Assembly (NCBI GenBank): GCA_963833985.1
Contig: CAWIAD010000002.1
Span: 5,216,001 to 5,280,000, forward strand
Origin: an uncultured Planctomycetaceae bacterium
Lineage (GTDB): Bacteria > Planctomycetota > Planctomycetia > Isosphaerales > Isosphaeraceae
Direction: 5' to 3'
Length of the DNA: 64,000 bases
This document shows, piece by piece, positions 39,711 to 51,058 of the stretch (position 1 is its first letter; each line of letters begins with the position of its first letter). Both the position numbers and the translations under genes were made by a program. A model generated the notes under the pieces. The model saw nothing but the letters and a program-made list of their open reading frames with translations. It did no database searches and had not been told where the DNA came from.

Positions 39711-40137
39711 TCCTCAGGAGGTCATGCGGATCTTCTGGCTTTTGAGACTCATACTCCAGCGGAAAGCCATGATACTCTCCATTTCCCTGGTTGGTGAGCC
39801 TTGCTTCGTGGAGCGTTCCATTGATATACGCCCAGGCGCGCGTTGGAAAACCTCGGCGCGGCTCCAGCTGGACACAGGATCGCCGGATCGATTCACGGAG
39901 TGCCTCCTCCAGACGATGCCATTCAGTTGGGTTGAAGCGAGCGCAAACCGCCGTACCGGGCCGGTGCACAGGCTCCCATTCGTGATTCGGGGCCGGGTAG
40001 CTCTTATGCTTTCCGCTTCCTCGATAGCTGACGCGCTCAGCCACCTCCGCGGCGCTCGGTGTGTGATCGCCCCACGGATCAACATGTCCGGGCTTGAAGT
40101 CGTGCTCTGATCGCTGGTAAGACGGACGTCGCGGCAT
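39679..40137 (-). CDS. 152-aa toxin-like hypothetical protein
   Basis: YRGSGKHK...C...FPTRAW...HEARLTN...EYHGFP; its 3' end overlaps the start of the IrrE-like gene by 32 bp. Confidence 0.65.
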   Translation of the reverse strand: MPRRPSYQRSEHDFKPGHVDPWGDHTPSAAEVAERVSYRGSGKHKSYPAPNHEWEPVHRPGTAVCARFNPTEWHRLEEALRESIRRSCVQLEPRRGFPTRAWAYINGTLHEARLTNQGNGEYHGFPLEYESQKPEDPHDLLRNAPRVTISVY

Positions 40138-40223
40138 GATGCGTTATCGTATAGCGGATGAGACGGAACGGCCAGTCTGAGGATCTCTCTGGAGATGAGG
40201 CGCTCGCGACGATTGGCGGATTC

Positions 40224-41679
40224 ATGAACCACGATGAATCCCGTGAAGGGAGAATTCCCCTGACCTGGTTCGATGGCATCCGCCGTCGCGTGCAAAAATG
40301 GTGCGGCAGCGGCGCGGGGAAGACCTGGATCGTGGCCGTTTCTGGTGGCGGCGACAGCGTAGCTCTCCTTCGTGTGCTTCACCGGCTGGCACCCGAGCTT
40401 GGCCTGACACTCTCGGTCGCCCACCTGGATCATGGTGCACGAGGCGAGGCCTCCCGGGCGGACGCGCTGTTCGTGCAAGAGCTGGCAGCCTCTCTGGGAT
40501 TGACGTGCGACCTTGGCCACTGGCGGCCGACGCGCGGCACACACTTTGAATCCGACGCCCGCCGCGCCCGCTATTCCTGGCTACTGGAAGTTGCGACGGC
40601 GCGCGGCGCTGCGGCCGTCGCGGTCGGGCACACGCGGGATGACCAGGCCGAGACCATCCTCCACCGCATCGTCCGCGGCACCGGCCTGCGCGGGCTTGCC
40701 GGCATGCCGGCGCGGCGCGTCCTGAGCCGGGACCCGCCGGTCAGCCTCGTCCGCCCATTCCTCTCGGTCTCCCGGCAGCAGCTCCGCGCCAGCCTGGAAG
40801 AGCTCGGGCAGCCTTTTCGTGAGGATGCCAGCAACGCCGATCTTTCCAGGACCCGGGCGCGCATTCGCCTGGACCTGTTGCCCCGGCTGGCCCGCGAATA
40901 TAATCCGCGTGCGGCCGAGGCGATCCTCAGGCTGGGCTGGCTGGCCAGTGCAGCGCAGCTTGCCCTGGAAAACCAGCTCATCGAACTGGAGCACGATGCG
41001 GTACGGCGGCTCTCCAGCGAGCGGATCGAGCTGTGCCGGAATCGGCTGCGGCGCTACCCCGTTTTCCTCCGCGCCGAGCTGCTACGGCGCGTCTGGCGGC
41101 AAGCGGGCTGGCCGGAACGGGGAATGTCCGCGACGCGTTGGCGTCGCCTGGCCCTGCACGCGAGGAGCGCACCCGATTGTGCGCCGGGTCGTCGCCGGCG
41201 ATATCGAGCTGACGACGACGGGACCGGAAGACGATCCCGCCGACCGCTTCATTCTGAGGCGGCAGAGGGCCGCCGACCTGCGTGCGTCCGAGCCGGAGCC
41301 AGTCCCTGGTTTGCCTCTGGATATTCCCGGTGCGGTTTGCTGGGAAGGGGGCGAAATCGTGGTGTCGATCGATCCGATCGATGCGTGCGACGAGACGATC
41401 GACCTTGACTGCGTTGTGCCTCCCCTTCTCGTTCGCCGGCCGCTGCCGGGCGACCGCTTCGAGCCGCTGGGGATGTCCGGCCGCGGCATGACGCTGAACG
41501 ACTTCTTTCGCGGCCGGGCCCTCCGGCAGGAAGAACGCAGAGGTACCCCACTGCTCTGCGATGCGGACGGCATCGTGTGGGTGGTCGGCCACCGCATCGC
41601 CGATCGCGTGAAGATCACAGCGGAGACCCGCCGGACGCTCTGCTTGCGGTGGGCAGCCGGAGTGGACCGTGCCCGTTGA
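40224..41679 (+). CDS. tilS: tRNA(Ile)-lysidine synthase (apparent frameshift near 41170)
   Basis: VAVSGGGDSVALL, AHLDHGAR, GHTRDDQAETIL, RGTGLRGLAGM, EDASN; C-terminal RRPLPGDRFEPLG...IVWVVG. Confidence 0.95.
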
Positions 41680-41685
41680 AGCCCA

Positions 41686-44600
41686 TCACTCGTGGACCAC
41701 GCTCTCGACCTCGCGCAAGAAGCTGAGTGCTTCCTGGTCTCCGGCTCCCGGGGCTTCCTGCACCACGGCGCGGAGCTGGTCCAGCGCGGCCTGCGCGTCG
41801 GCGAAGCGCCCGAGCTTATGGCTGGCCATGGCCGAGACGGCCAGGTCGATGGGGAGAATCCGTCCGCGGCCCGAGATCGGCGCGGCATTGAGACGGGCAA
41901 CGAGCTGGAGGGCCTCGTCGGCGTGGCCCGCGCGATACAGCGCCAGCGCGAGGACGTGCAAGTATTCGGTCCGCCGCTGGGGATCCGCGGCCACCACCTG
42001 GCAAGCGGCTTCGATGCGCCGCAGTGCCTGGTTGTTCATTTCGGGGGTGCCCAGCGGTCGCAGGAGCGTCAGCCGCGAGGTTTCGAACAGCCTGTGAGCG
42101 TCCTCGCTGCGCCCGCGCGCAACCTCCTGCGCCGCATCGCGCAGGCGGGGATCAATCGTGGTATCCGGCTTCAGGGCCTCCATGACTTCCGACTTGAGCA
42201 TCCTCGCTTCGAAGAGGGACTGGACAAGCTCGACCGCGGCTTTCCTGCGCACCTGGTTCACCTCGGTGACTGGCGGCTCGGCACTCCACACCCGGGCCGT
42301 GCAGTCGATGCTTCCCGAGACGACCTGGTGGCCGTCGCGGCTGATGGCCAGGCTGACGACGCCGCTGGTATGGCCGCGGAGGGTGAAGACGTCGTCTCCG
42401 GTGCGGGGGTCCCAGAGCTTGAGCGTACGGTCATCGCTGGCCGTGGCCACGCGTGTGCCGTCAGGAAAGAAGGCCACGGCGGTGACCAGCCCGGTGTGTC
42501 CTTCCAGCCGGCGCAACAGGTCTCCCCGGGCGGCGTCCCAAATGAAGACCTCGGCGCCGGGCGTGCCGCGGTACTGGCCCCCGACCGAGGCCACCCAGCG
42601 GCCGTCGGGCGCGAAGGCCACGTCCCGGACGCCCGTCTTGTGGCCCCTCAACGTCATGAGCAACGCACCGCTCAGAGCGTTCCAGAGCATGACCTGCTGA
42701 TCTTCGCTGGCACTCGCCAGCCGTTGGCCGTCGGGTGAGAACGCCACGGCGTTCACGGCCGCGCGGTGGCCCGTGAGCTGGCGCTCCACTTTGCCGCTCG
42801 TCAGGTTCCAGAGCGTGATCGTGCCGTCGCCGCCGGCGGTGGCCAGCCGCAGTCCATCGGGCGTGCACGCGGCGCTCTGGATGGATGAAGGCGGCCGGGC
42901 CAGCTTGCGTTCCAGGTGTCCGGTATCGGCGTTCCAGAGGTTGATGCCGCCATCGGGCGACGAGGCAATGAGGAACCGGCCGTCGGGGCTGAAGACCAGT
43001 CCGATGCGGCCCATGAGCCCGCGCGGGCCGACGACGCTCCAGTGCTCCTCGCCGGTGCGCGGGTCCCAGACACGGAGATCTCCATCGTGTGCCGTGGCCA
43101 CGCGCTGGCCGTCAGGATGGAACGCGACGGTGCCTACCCAGCCGGAACCGTTGCGGAAGAGCACCTGCGTGTCGGGCGCAGCCGCGGGCCAGAGCTTGAT
43201 GGAGCCGTCCATGCCGCCGGAGGCGGCCTGGGCTCCGTCGGGGCTGAACGCCACGCAATGAACGAACCCCGTGTGGCCGTGAAACGAGGCCAGTGACCGG
43301 CCGCTGGCCACGTCCCAGAGCCGCAGGCCGCGATCCTCGCTGCACGAGATGAGCTGCTTGCCGTCGGGGCGGAACGCGAGCCCGCGCACGAATCCCCGGC
43401 TGCCCACGAAGCTGCGCACCAGCATGCCCGTGTTTCGGTCCCAGAGCCGGATGGCCCTGTCCCAGCCGCCCGAGGCGATCCAGCGGCCATCCGGGCTGAA
43501 GGCCACGGCGTAGACGAACTCCTGGTGGCCGCGGAGCTGCCGCGCGATCGCGTGGCTGGAGAGGTCCCAGATGTCGACCGTGCCGCGGCTGGTCAGGGCA
43601 AGCTGGCGGCCGTCGGGACTGAACGCCACGCAGGCAACACCGCCGGGGCCGCCGGGCACCTGGCCGCGCGCCTTCCCCGTGGCGGCGTCGCGCAGCCGGA
43701 CGTAGCCGATCGTCTCGTAGTTGTTGAAGCCTCCGCAGCCGCTGGCGATCGTCTTGCCGTCGGCAGAGTACGCCAGGCTGAGGATGTTCGTCTCAGGCTC
43801 GCTGGTGGTCCAGAGGACCTCGCCGGTGGCGGCATCGTGGCAGGTGAGCACCGCGGAGGCGGACGCGCCGGTGGTCCCCGTCCCCGCGACCACCCGCTTG
43901 CCGTCCGGACTGAACGCCACGGCCTGTACGGCGCCTTTCCAGCCGCGCCGGCTGAAGACCTCGCGGCCGGTCTCCACCTCGCGGACCGCGAGCGCGGCGG
44001 TCGCGGCCGACTGCGGCTGGTACCACGGACCCGAGCCCGAGACCAGCCGGCGGCCGTCGGGACTGAACGCCACGCTCCAGACGTCCTGGCGCTGGGCCCT
44101 GAGACTATTCACGAACGTGTCGAGCTCGAGATGGCCCAGCCTTTGAACATACGACCACTCCCAGTTGCGCAGGTTGATGGGGCAGCCGTAGAGTAGCTGT
44201 TCGGCCTGCCCGGCGTTATCATCGAGGAACTCGCGGTTCGCCAGGTTCACGCGACTGATGTAATCGCGGCGCCGCAGCGAATCGGCCCGCAGCATGGCCT
44301 CGTGCCTGAGGATGGTCGCCAGCTCACGCTCTTGCACGGCCGACTGGCGCTGCGCCTCGGTCTCACGCTGGGCGCGGCCCAGCAAAAGGACGCCCAGAGA
44401 GAGCCCGACCAGTGTCGCCAGCAGCAGCGCGGCCGCCCCGGCAACCAGTGGGCGATGCCCGCGGCCCCACCGCAGGACGCGCGCCGACGCGCGGTTCCCG
44501 GTACGCGCCGACCGGCTCGTCCCCCAGCCAGCGCTCGATGTCGGTGGCCAGGTCCTCGGCGGTTGCGTAGCGCTGCTCGGGGACCCTGGCCATGGCCTTC

Positions 44601-46036
44601 AGGCAGATGGACTCCAGGGCCCTGGGGACCCGCGGGTTGATCTGCCGAGGCGGTGCGAACTCGCCGTTCTTCACCCGCGCCAGCAGCGTCGTGACCTCGC
44701 ACCAGGCGTACTCGAAGGGCGGCCTGCCGCAGAGGAGCGTGTACAGCATGGCGCCCAGGCTATACACGTCGCTGGCCGGACCCAGCCGCTCCAGCAGGCC
44801 TTCCGCCTGCTCGGGGCTCATGAAAGCGGGAGTGCCAAACGCCGCACCGGCGACGGTCTCGGTGGAGCTGCTCTGAGCCAGCGGCGGAAGCACCCGCCCC
44901 GGCCTGCCGCGATCGCGTCCGTCCGCGTCGAGGCCGCGCTCCTCGGCCGTCGCATGCAACGGCCTGGCATCGCGGTGCAGCACCTTGGCCAGCCCCCAGT
45001 CGACGATCAGCGTCTCGTTATAGGGACCCAGAAGGACATTGGCCGGTTTCAGGTCGCGGTGCAGCACGCCCCGGCTGTGCGCGTAGGCCATCGTATGGCA
45101 GACGTTCACGAACCGGCCCAGCAAGTGGCGCAGCTCGAGTGCCCGCTCCCGAGGGTCTCCGCCATGCGCGCCCGAGCTTGCATGGAACCGCGTGATCGCT
45201 TCCTCCAGCGTGATGCCGTGAACGAAGCGCATGGCGTAGTAAGGATGACCCTGGTCATCATAGCCCAGGCCATACACCGGCACGATGCCGGGGTGTTCCA
45301 GCCGCCCGGTGACCTCGGCCTCGAGCAGGAACCGCGAACGGCTGTCGGGGTCGTCCGCGCTATCGGTCTTGATCTGCTTGAGCGCGACCTCGCGCTGGAG
45401 CTCACAGTCGAACGCGACCGAGACCACTCCGATGCCGCCCCGCGCGTGGGGGTGAAGCAACTGAAACCGATTGCCCAGCGCATGAGGCGCTCGCAGGGTC
45501 CATTCATAATCCTTCGCTTCCGCAGCCTCGTCCACACTGGCATCACCATTGCCGGCTTCCGGGTCGTCGCCGTCCTCATCAATCCCGGGGTCATCACCGG
45601 TGCGGCCGGCGGCGCTCACGCCGGCATTGAATTCTGGATCGGCCCGCCCGTTCGAGGGCCTGGCCCGGGGTTCGCCTCGCGCACCACGGTTGGCGACCCT
45701 TGGAGATACGGTGGAGTTCCGGCTTTCCAGCCCGGCAAGCCGGCGCTCCAGGTCGTGCCGCAGGCGGCCGAAGGCCGACAGCGCGTGCAGGCACTGCCGC
45801 AAGTTGCCGTCATGGCACGCCAGCAAGTCGCTGGCCAGCAGCTCCAGCAAGTCGGCGCGCTCGGCCGACAAGCCCGCACACCGCGTCAAGATCTTCGCCA
45901 GCGATGTTTCGTGCGAGGACTCGAGCGGCTGACCGCTCGTCTTGCGGGCCTGTTCCACCGACTGCCTGGTCACGAAGCCGAGATGGATGGCCAGGGCTTC
46001 GACCAGCAGATCATGGTCCACACGCGCGGTCGCCAC
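41686..46036 (-). CDS. Ser/Thr protein kinase with TM segment and many WD40 repeats (apparent frameshift near 44490)
   Basis: ARGGIG, VALK, LEHPGIVPVY, HRDLKPAN, DWGLAK, GTPAFMSPEQ; repeated GH...VAFSPDG...LWD units. Confidence 0.93.
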
Positions 46037-46352
46037 TGTTTTCGACCTTCTTGCCTCACTCAGAAGGGAGACCCTGCCAGAGAGACGCTCAGGTAAGCGG
46101 CACTCTGATCAGGATCGGTCAAGACGAATGGATCGTACCACGGACGGGAGATTCCGTCCAAGTCTCCGGGCAACGGCCCGGTGGGTGCGGATTCCCCCTT
46201 CGGAATAACCCCATCCCGCCGGGCCGCCTTGACCGTCACAAGCCGCCTTCTTGTCATTGACGGCATGGCCGCTTTGGCTTACCATCCGCTGCCCGACTCG
46301 GCCGCGCCAGGAAGGCCCTTTCCGTTCACGTCCCGAGTACGAGTGGCCGAGC

Positions 46353-47690
46353 ATGACCGAGCCGAAGCCGCAATGGAACGCGATTGCGATCAAGCCGCCT
46401 GCGTTCTGGCGCGTGCTCGAACTCGCGCTGTTCCTGCGGTTGCTTGCCGCGCTCGGCGTGGAGTGGCTGGTGCGCCGGCGCGGGGGGATGCGAGTCTGCC
46501 TCTTCGACGACGCCGAGTACTACTGGATGCTCGCGAGCACCCTCCGCCAGGGGACGCCCTACCAGGTTGTGGAATGGGGAGACATTCCCCACTTCGCGCT
46601 GCGAACGCCCGGGTATCCCGCGTTCCTGGCGGCCTGCCAGGCCGCCTTCGGCGACCGCCCCTTTGCAGCCCGGCTGGTGCAGGCGGGGCTCGGGGCGTTG
46701 ACGGTCTGGCTGGTCCTTCGCTTGACGCGGGAAGTACTTGGCAACGCCACGGAACCGGCGGGCGGCGTCAGGTTCTGGACGCTGCCGCTCCTGGCCGCAC
46801 TGCTTGCCGCCATCCATCCTTACCTTGTCGTCATGTCGGCCCTGGTCCTCTCGGAAGCCGCATTCGTTCCGCTCATGCTTGCGGCGCTCTGGGGGATGGC
46901 CGTGGTCTGGAACCGGACAGAGACGGACTCGAAGGCGGTCGCCGGACGCAGGCGCACATGCGGAATCGCACTCGGCACTGGCGCGGTGTGCGGGATGGCG
47001 ATCCTCGTCCGGCCATCGTGGGCGCTGTTTGTTCCCGGAATGCTCGCTGTCTGGGCCGTGACCGTGCTGCGGTCGGGGGAATCATCCTTGCGGTCACGTC
47101 TGCTCGCAATCATTCGAACAGGGCTGATGCTCGTGCTCGGGCTCGTCCTGGTGCTGAGTCCGTGGTGGATACGCAATGAGCGGGTGTTCGGCAGCTTCGT
47201 GCCGACGGCTGTGTGGCTGGGGGCCAGCCTCTATGACGGGCTCAATCCGCGGGCCACGGGCGGCAGTGATATGAAGTTCCTGGAGGATCCCGAGCTCTGG
47301 CCGCTCGACGAGATCGACCAGGATCATGAGCTGACGCGGCGCGCGCTCCGGTTCGTGCGGAACGATCCCGGGCGCGCCTTGAAGCTGGCATGGGTGAAGC
47401 TGGGCCGTTTCTGGAGCCCCTGGCCGAACGCCGAGGGTTTCCGGTCGCCGGTTCTGGCCGTGCTCTGCGCGCTGACTGTGATACCCGCCATGGTCGCGGC
47501 GGGGTTCGGGCTCTGGCTCCGGCGGCACGATGCACGGGCCTGGGTACTGCTGGCGGGGCCGGTACTTTATTTCTGTGCACTGCATACCGTGTTCGCCAGC
47601 TCGATGCGTTACCGGGTTCCTGGAGAGCCGCCCGCACTGGGCCTGGCGGCGCTGGGGATGATCGCGATCACCAGGAGACTCAGCGGATGA
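46353..47690 (+). CDS. ArnT/PMT-like (GT39/GT83-type) membrane glycosyltransferase
   Basis: FDDAEYY, RTPGYPAFL, VLSEAAF, LVRPS, LSPWWIRN, RYRVP; multiple TM segments. Confidence 0.8.
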   Translation: MTEPKPQWNAIAIKPPAFWRVLELALFLRLLAALGVEWLVRRRGGMRVCLFDDAEYYWMLASTLRQGTPYQVVEWGDIPHFALRTPGYPAFLAACQAAFGDRPFAARLVQAGLGALTVWLVLRLTREVLGNATEPAGGVRFWTLPLLAALLAAIHPYLVVMSALVLSEAAFVPLMLAALWGMAVVWNRTETDSKAVAGRRRTCGIALGTGAVCGMAILVRPSWALFVPGMLAVWAVTVLRSGESSLRSRLLAIIRTGLMLVLGLVLVLSPWWIRNERVFGSFVPTAVWLGASLYDGLNPRATGGSDMKFLEDPELWPLDEIDQDHELTRRALRFVRNDPGRALKLAWVKLGRFWSPWPNAEGFRSPVLAVLCALTVIPAMVAAGFGLWLRRHDARAWVLLAGPVLYFCALHTVFASSMRYRVPGEPPALGLAALGMIAITRRLSG

Positions 47691-50600
47691 GACTGCGGCT
47701 GCGCCTGAGGCGAAAGCTGGCGAGGATTCTCCTCCTGGGCCTGGTCCTGATGCTGCTGCTCATGTCCGGAGGGGCCTGGTTCGTGTACGCGCTGCTGACC
47801 GATAGCGACTTCGCCGCGCGGTTGATCCGTGCCAAGGCCGCACTGTACCTGCCGCACGCCATCGTGCAGATGGGCAGAGTGAACGTCGGCATCTTGAAGG
47901 GGGAAGTGACGGTCAGCCATTTTCAAGTGATGCAGCGGATCGACGGCCGATCGTTCCTCACGGCTCGGGTCCCCTGGCTCAGCGTCCGCCTTGATCCGCG
48001 GCAGGTTCTGCACAGGCAGTTCGTGCCCCGCGAGGTGACAGTCAGCCAGCCCACGCTCCGCCTATGCAGGCGCGGCGACGGCACATGGAACCTGCAAGGG
48101 TTCGTCGCCGATCCATGGCCCGGACCGATGATCAAGAATCCGCCGCCAATCGTGATCCGCAACGGCACGATCGAGCTGGTCAGCGATGCGGAGTCAAACG
48201 AAGCAACGGTGAGCGCGGCGACAGCCCAGGCAAGGCCGGCGCACGGCTTCGCGGCCATTCGCGACGCCAACCTGGTGCGAACGCGGGGCGTTCCTTCCCG
48301 GCCGCGAACGGTGCCGGTTACGAACGCGCCGCCGGCTGCCAGCCCGATCTCTGATGAGGGCGTGGCGATCTTGCGCGACGTCTCGATGCGGATCGAGGCG
48401 GTCCCGGATGGACGGCTGCGGTTTGAAGGCTCGGCGCGGGGCGACCTCTTCGAACGCCTGGCGCTCGAGGGCTTCATCGATCCCAATACCGGCGAGACGA
48501 CCCTGAGTGGGCAGCTTTCCGGGTTGACCCTCTCGGAGAACCTGTACCGGCGGCTGCCGCCGGAGATCCGCCCGGCGTACGACTCGCTGGGGTTGAACCG
48601 GGGCGAGATCGATCTGGAGCTGCGCCGCCTGGCCATCCACCCCGCGGCGCCGATCGACCGCAGGTTTGATTACGACATGATCGCACGGCTCCACGGCGGC
48701 GTCTGGGAATGCCCCAAGCTTCCGTTCCCCGTCAACGACATGGTCGCGGTTGTGGCGATCACCAATGATCTGGTGTCGATCAAGCATGCGGGGGGGATCA
48801 ACGGCAACACGATCCTCAGGGCCAGCGGCTCGCTGACGCCGGGACGAGCCTCATGCTGCCTCTTCGATCTCCGGCTGGACCTGCTCCAGCTCGTGCTGGA
48901 TGAGCGGCTCCAGGAGCGGACTCCGCCCGAGTTTGCCGAGCTCTGGGAGCTGTTCAGGCCGCGCGGCGTGGTGGATGCCAGGCTGCATGTCACGCGTCGC
49001 GAACAGAACAGCCCGGTGACCGTCGGCGCCGAGGTGTTGTGCCGCGACGTGGCGGCCCTCTATCGCGCGTTTCCTTACCCCGTGGAGCACATGCGCGGAA
49101 GTCTGGTGCTGGAGAACCAGCGTCTTGTCGTGGATCTCCACGGGCTCATCGGCGAGCGCCCGGCGCTGCTCCGGGGAACCATCGACAACCCCGGACCGGA
49201 TGCGGTGGTGCAGCTCGGCGTCGAGGCTGAGTCCGTCCCGATCGATCCCGCGTTCCTCAAAGCCCTGCCGCCGGACGTGCGCAAGGTCGTCGATCAGTTC
49301 CGGCCGGCCGGGTCGGTCAAGGCGGCCGTCCGCATCGTGCGGACCCCCATGGTTGGGCCGATGGCCAGGCCCGAAGGGAACGTGCTGATCGATGCCAACC
49401 TCGACCTCAACCCGCGGTGCGAGATCACCTGGGCCGGCCTGCCCTACCCCATTCGCAACCTCACCGGACGGCTCGAGCTGCACCCGGACCTCTGGGAGTT
49501 CAAGAACATGCGGGGCGGCAACGGCCAGGCCACCGTCCGCGGGAACGGCCGCGTTGCGAAGCTGATCGCTCCCAACCTTCCCAGCGGCGAACCCCCACTC
49601 CAGATCGACCTGAAGGTCCTGGCCCAGAACCTGCCCTTCAACGAAGACCTGCGCAAGGCGCTTCAGCCCGCCTGGCAGAAGACCTGGTCGATCATCAACC
49701 CGACCGGCGCCAGCGACGTCGAGGCCAGCATCCACGTCATGCCGGGCCGGGCCGACGTGAATCACATCACGATCGTGCCCCGTCGCGACTCGGGCGTGAA
49801 GCTGCAAATCGAGCGCACGCCCCAGCCGGGCATCGACCCCGGCGGCACTCTCGAGCTTCGCATGGAAAACGTCCAGGGCCGGTTTGACTTCGACAACGGC
49901 AAGGTGGCCATGAGCGATGTCGGCTTCCTGTTCCACGGCGCGCCGGTGCAGTTTGGCTCGGGTGACGTGATGGTCGAGGACAGCGGCCGGTTCGACCTTG
50001 CGGTGCGCGACCTCTGGATCAAGGAGATCCGGCTCGATTCCAGCTTCCGGGCCATCATGCCCCCGCTCATGGCCCAGTTCGCGCTGCGGCTGGACGATGG
50101 CCGGCCATTCACGGCACGCGGCAACCTTCAGATTGGCTGGTCCGGTGTCCTGGGCGAACCGGCCTGGTGCCGCTGGGACAACACCCGCGTGGTCTTCATC
50201 GATAACACGCTCAAGGCCGGAATTCCACTGGAGCACATCCAGGGCCAGCTGGAATATGTTCAGGGCTGGTCCGACGGCCGGACTCTCGAAGTTCACGGCA
50301 ACGTGAAGCTGGAAAGCGTGACTCTGCTGGGACAGCAGATCCTCTTTCTCGGATCCCCGTTTCATCTCAAGAAAGGATCGGCCCGGCTTGACAACCTGGC
50401 GGGCCAGTTGCTCAAGGGGCGGCTCGAGGGCAACGGCATGATCACCCTGGACACAACCCCGAAGTACAGCGTCTCGCTGCGGCTGGCCGGAGCGCAGCTC
50501 GAAGAATACGCGCGCACGCTGCCGGGCCGGCAATCGTACCGCGGCTCGCTCGAGGCGGCTCTCGAGCTCAGCGGCCTGGGCAGCGATATCCGCAGCGTGC

Positions 50601-51046
50601 AGGGCAAGGGCGAGGCGCACATCACCCAGGGAGACCTCGGCCAGTTGCCCGTGGCCCTGCGGTTCATCAACTTTCTCAACAGCAGGCTGTCGCTGTTCGA
50701 CTCGCCGCTGGCCTCGGGCAAGACCGCGTTCGACGCCGCGGACGTGATCTTTCGCATCGACCACGGCACGGCGATCCTCGACCCGATCAAGCTCACCGGC
50801 AGCGCCGTCAGCTTGCAGGGAAGCGGCACGCGCGACCCTCTGGGCAACCTGGATATCCAGCTGCGCGTGCTCTACGGCCGCGACCGCTACCATTTGCCGA
50901 TCGTCAGCGACCTGATGCGCGAGGCCAGCGGCCAGTTGTTCATCATTCACGTTCAGGGGCCGTCGTCCGACCCCCGGTTCCGGGCCGAGACGCTCCCCCA
51001 GGTTCGCAAGCTGGGTGTGAGGCGGTCGCAGCGCAACCCCGAATGA
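47687..51046 (+). CDS. AsmA-like (AsmA/TamB/YhdP superfamily) large periplasmic protein
   Basis: N-terminal anchor, QPTLRL..RGDGTWNL, repeated (F/L)P(F/Y)P(V/I) beta-rich units, C-terminal AFDAA...GSAVSLQGSG...GPSSDP; ATGA overlap with upstream gene. Confidence 0.8.
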   Translation: MRLRLRLRRKLARILLLGLVLMLLLMSGGAWFVYALLTDSDFAARLIRAKAALYLPHAIVQMGRVNVGILKGEVTVSHFQVMQRIDGRSFLTARVPWLSVRLDPRQVLHRQFVPREVTVSQPTLRLCRRGDGTWNLQGFVADPWPGPMIKNPPPIVIRNGTIELVSDAESNEATVSAATAQARPAHGFAAIRDANLVRTRGVPSRPRTVPVTNAPPAASPISDEGVAILRDVSMRIEAVPDGRLRFEGSARGDLFERLALEGFIDPNTGETTLSGQLSGLTLSENLYRRLPPEIRPAYDSLGLNRGEIDLELRRLAIHPAAPIDRRFDYDMIARLHGGVWECPKLPFPVNDMVAVVAITNDLVSIKHAGGINGNTILRASGSLTPGRASCCLFDLRLDLLQLVLDERLQERTPPEFAELWELFRPRGVVDARLHVTRREQNSPVTVGAEVLCRDVAALYRAFPYPVEHMRGSLVLENQRLVVDLHGLIGERPALLRGTIDNPGPDAVVQLGVEAESVPIDPAFLKALPPDVRKVVDQFRPAGSVKAAVRIVRTPMVGPMARPEGNVLIDANLDLNPRCEITWAGLPYPIRNLTGRLELHPDLWEFKNMRGGNGQATVRGNGRVAKLIAPNLPSGEPPLQIDLKVLAQNLPFNEDLRKALQPAWQKTWSIINPTGASDVEASIHVMPGRADVNHITIVPRRDSGVKLQIERTPQPGIDPGGTLELRMENVQGRFDFDNGKVAMSDVGFLFHGAPVQFGSGDVMVEDSGRFDLAVRDLWIKEIRLDSSFRAIMPPLMAQFALRLDDGRPFTARGNLQIGWSGVLGEPAWCRWDNTRVVFIDNTLKAGIPLEHIQGQLEYVQGWSDGRTLEVHGNVKLESVTLLGQQILFLGSPFHLKKGSARLDNLAGQLLKGRLEGNGMITLDTTPKYSVSLRLAGAQLEEYARTLPGRQSYRGSLEAALELSGLGSDIRSVQGKGEAHITQGDLGQLPVALRFINFLNSRLSLFDSPLASGKTAFDAADVIFRIDHGTAILDPIKLTGSAVSLQGSGTRDPLGNLDIQLRVLYGRDRYHLPIVSDLMREASGQLFIIHVQGPSSDPRFRAETLPQVRKLGVRRSQRNPE

Positions 51047-51058
51047 CGGCACCGCGAG

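Noticed and set aside
41700..44100. Recurrent GAACGCCACG/CCGTCGGG nucleotide repeats
   Set aside because: Explained by WD40 repeat coding (VAFSPDG units).
48851..51052. Long antisense ORFs (also 18034-19875, 44294-46096, 58687-60609)
   Set aside because: Typical stop-poor shadows of real genes in high-GC DNA; they carry no recognisable motifs.
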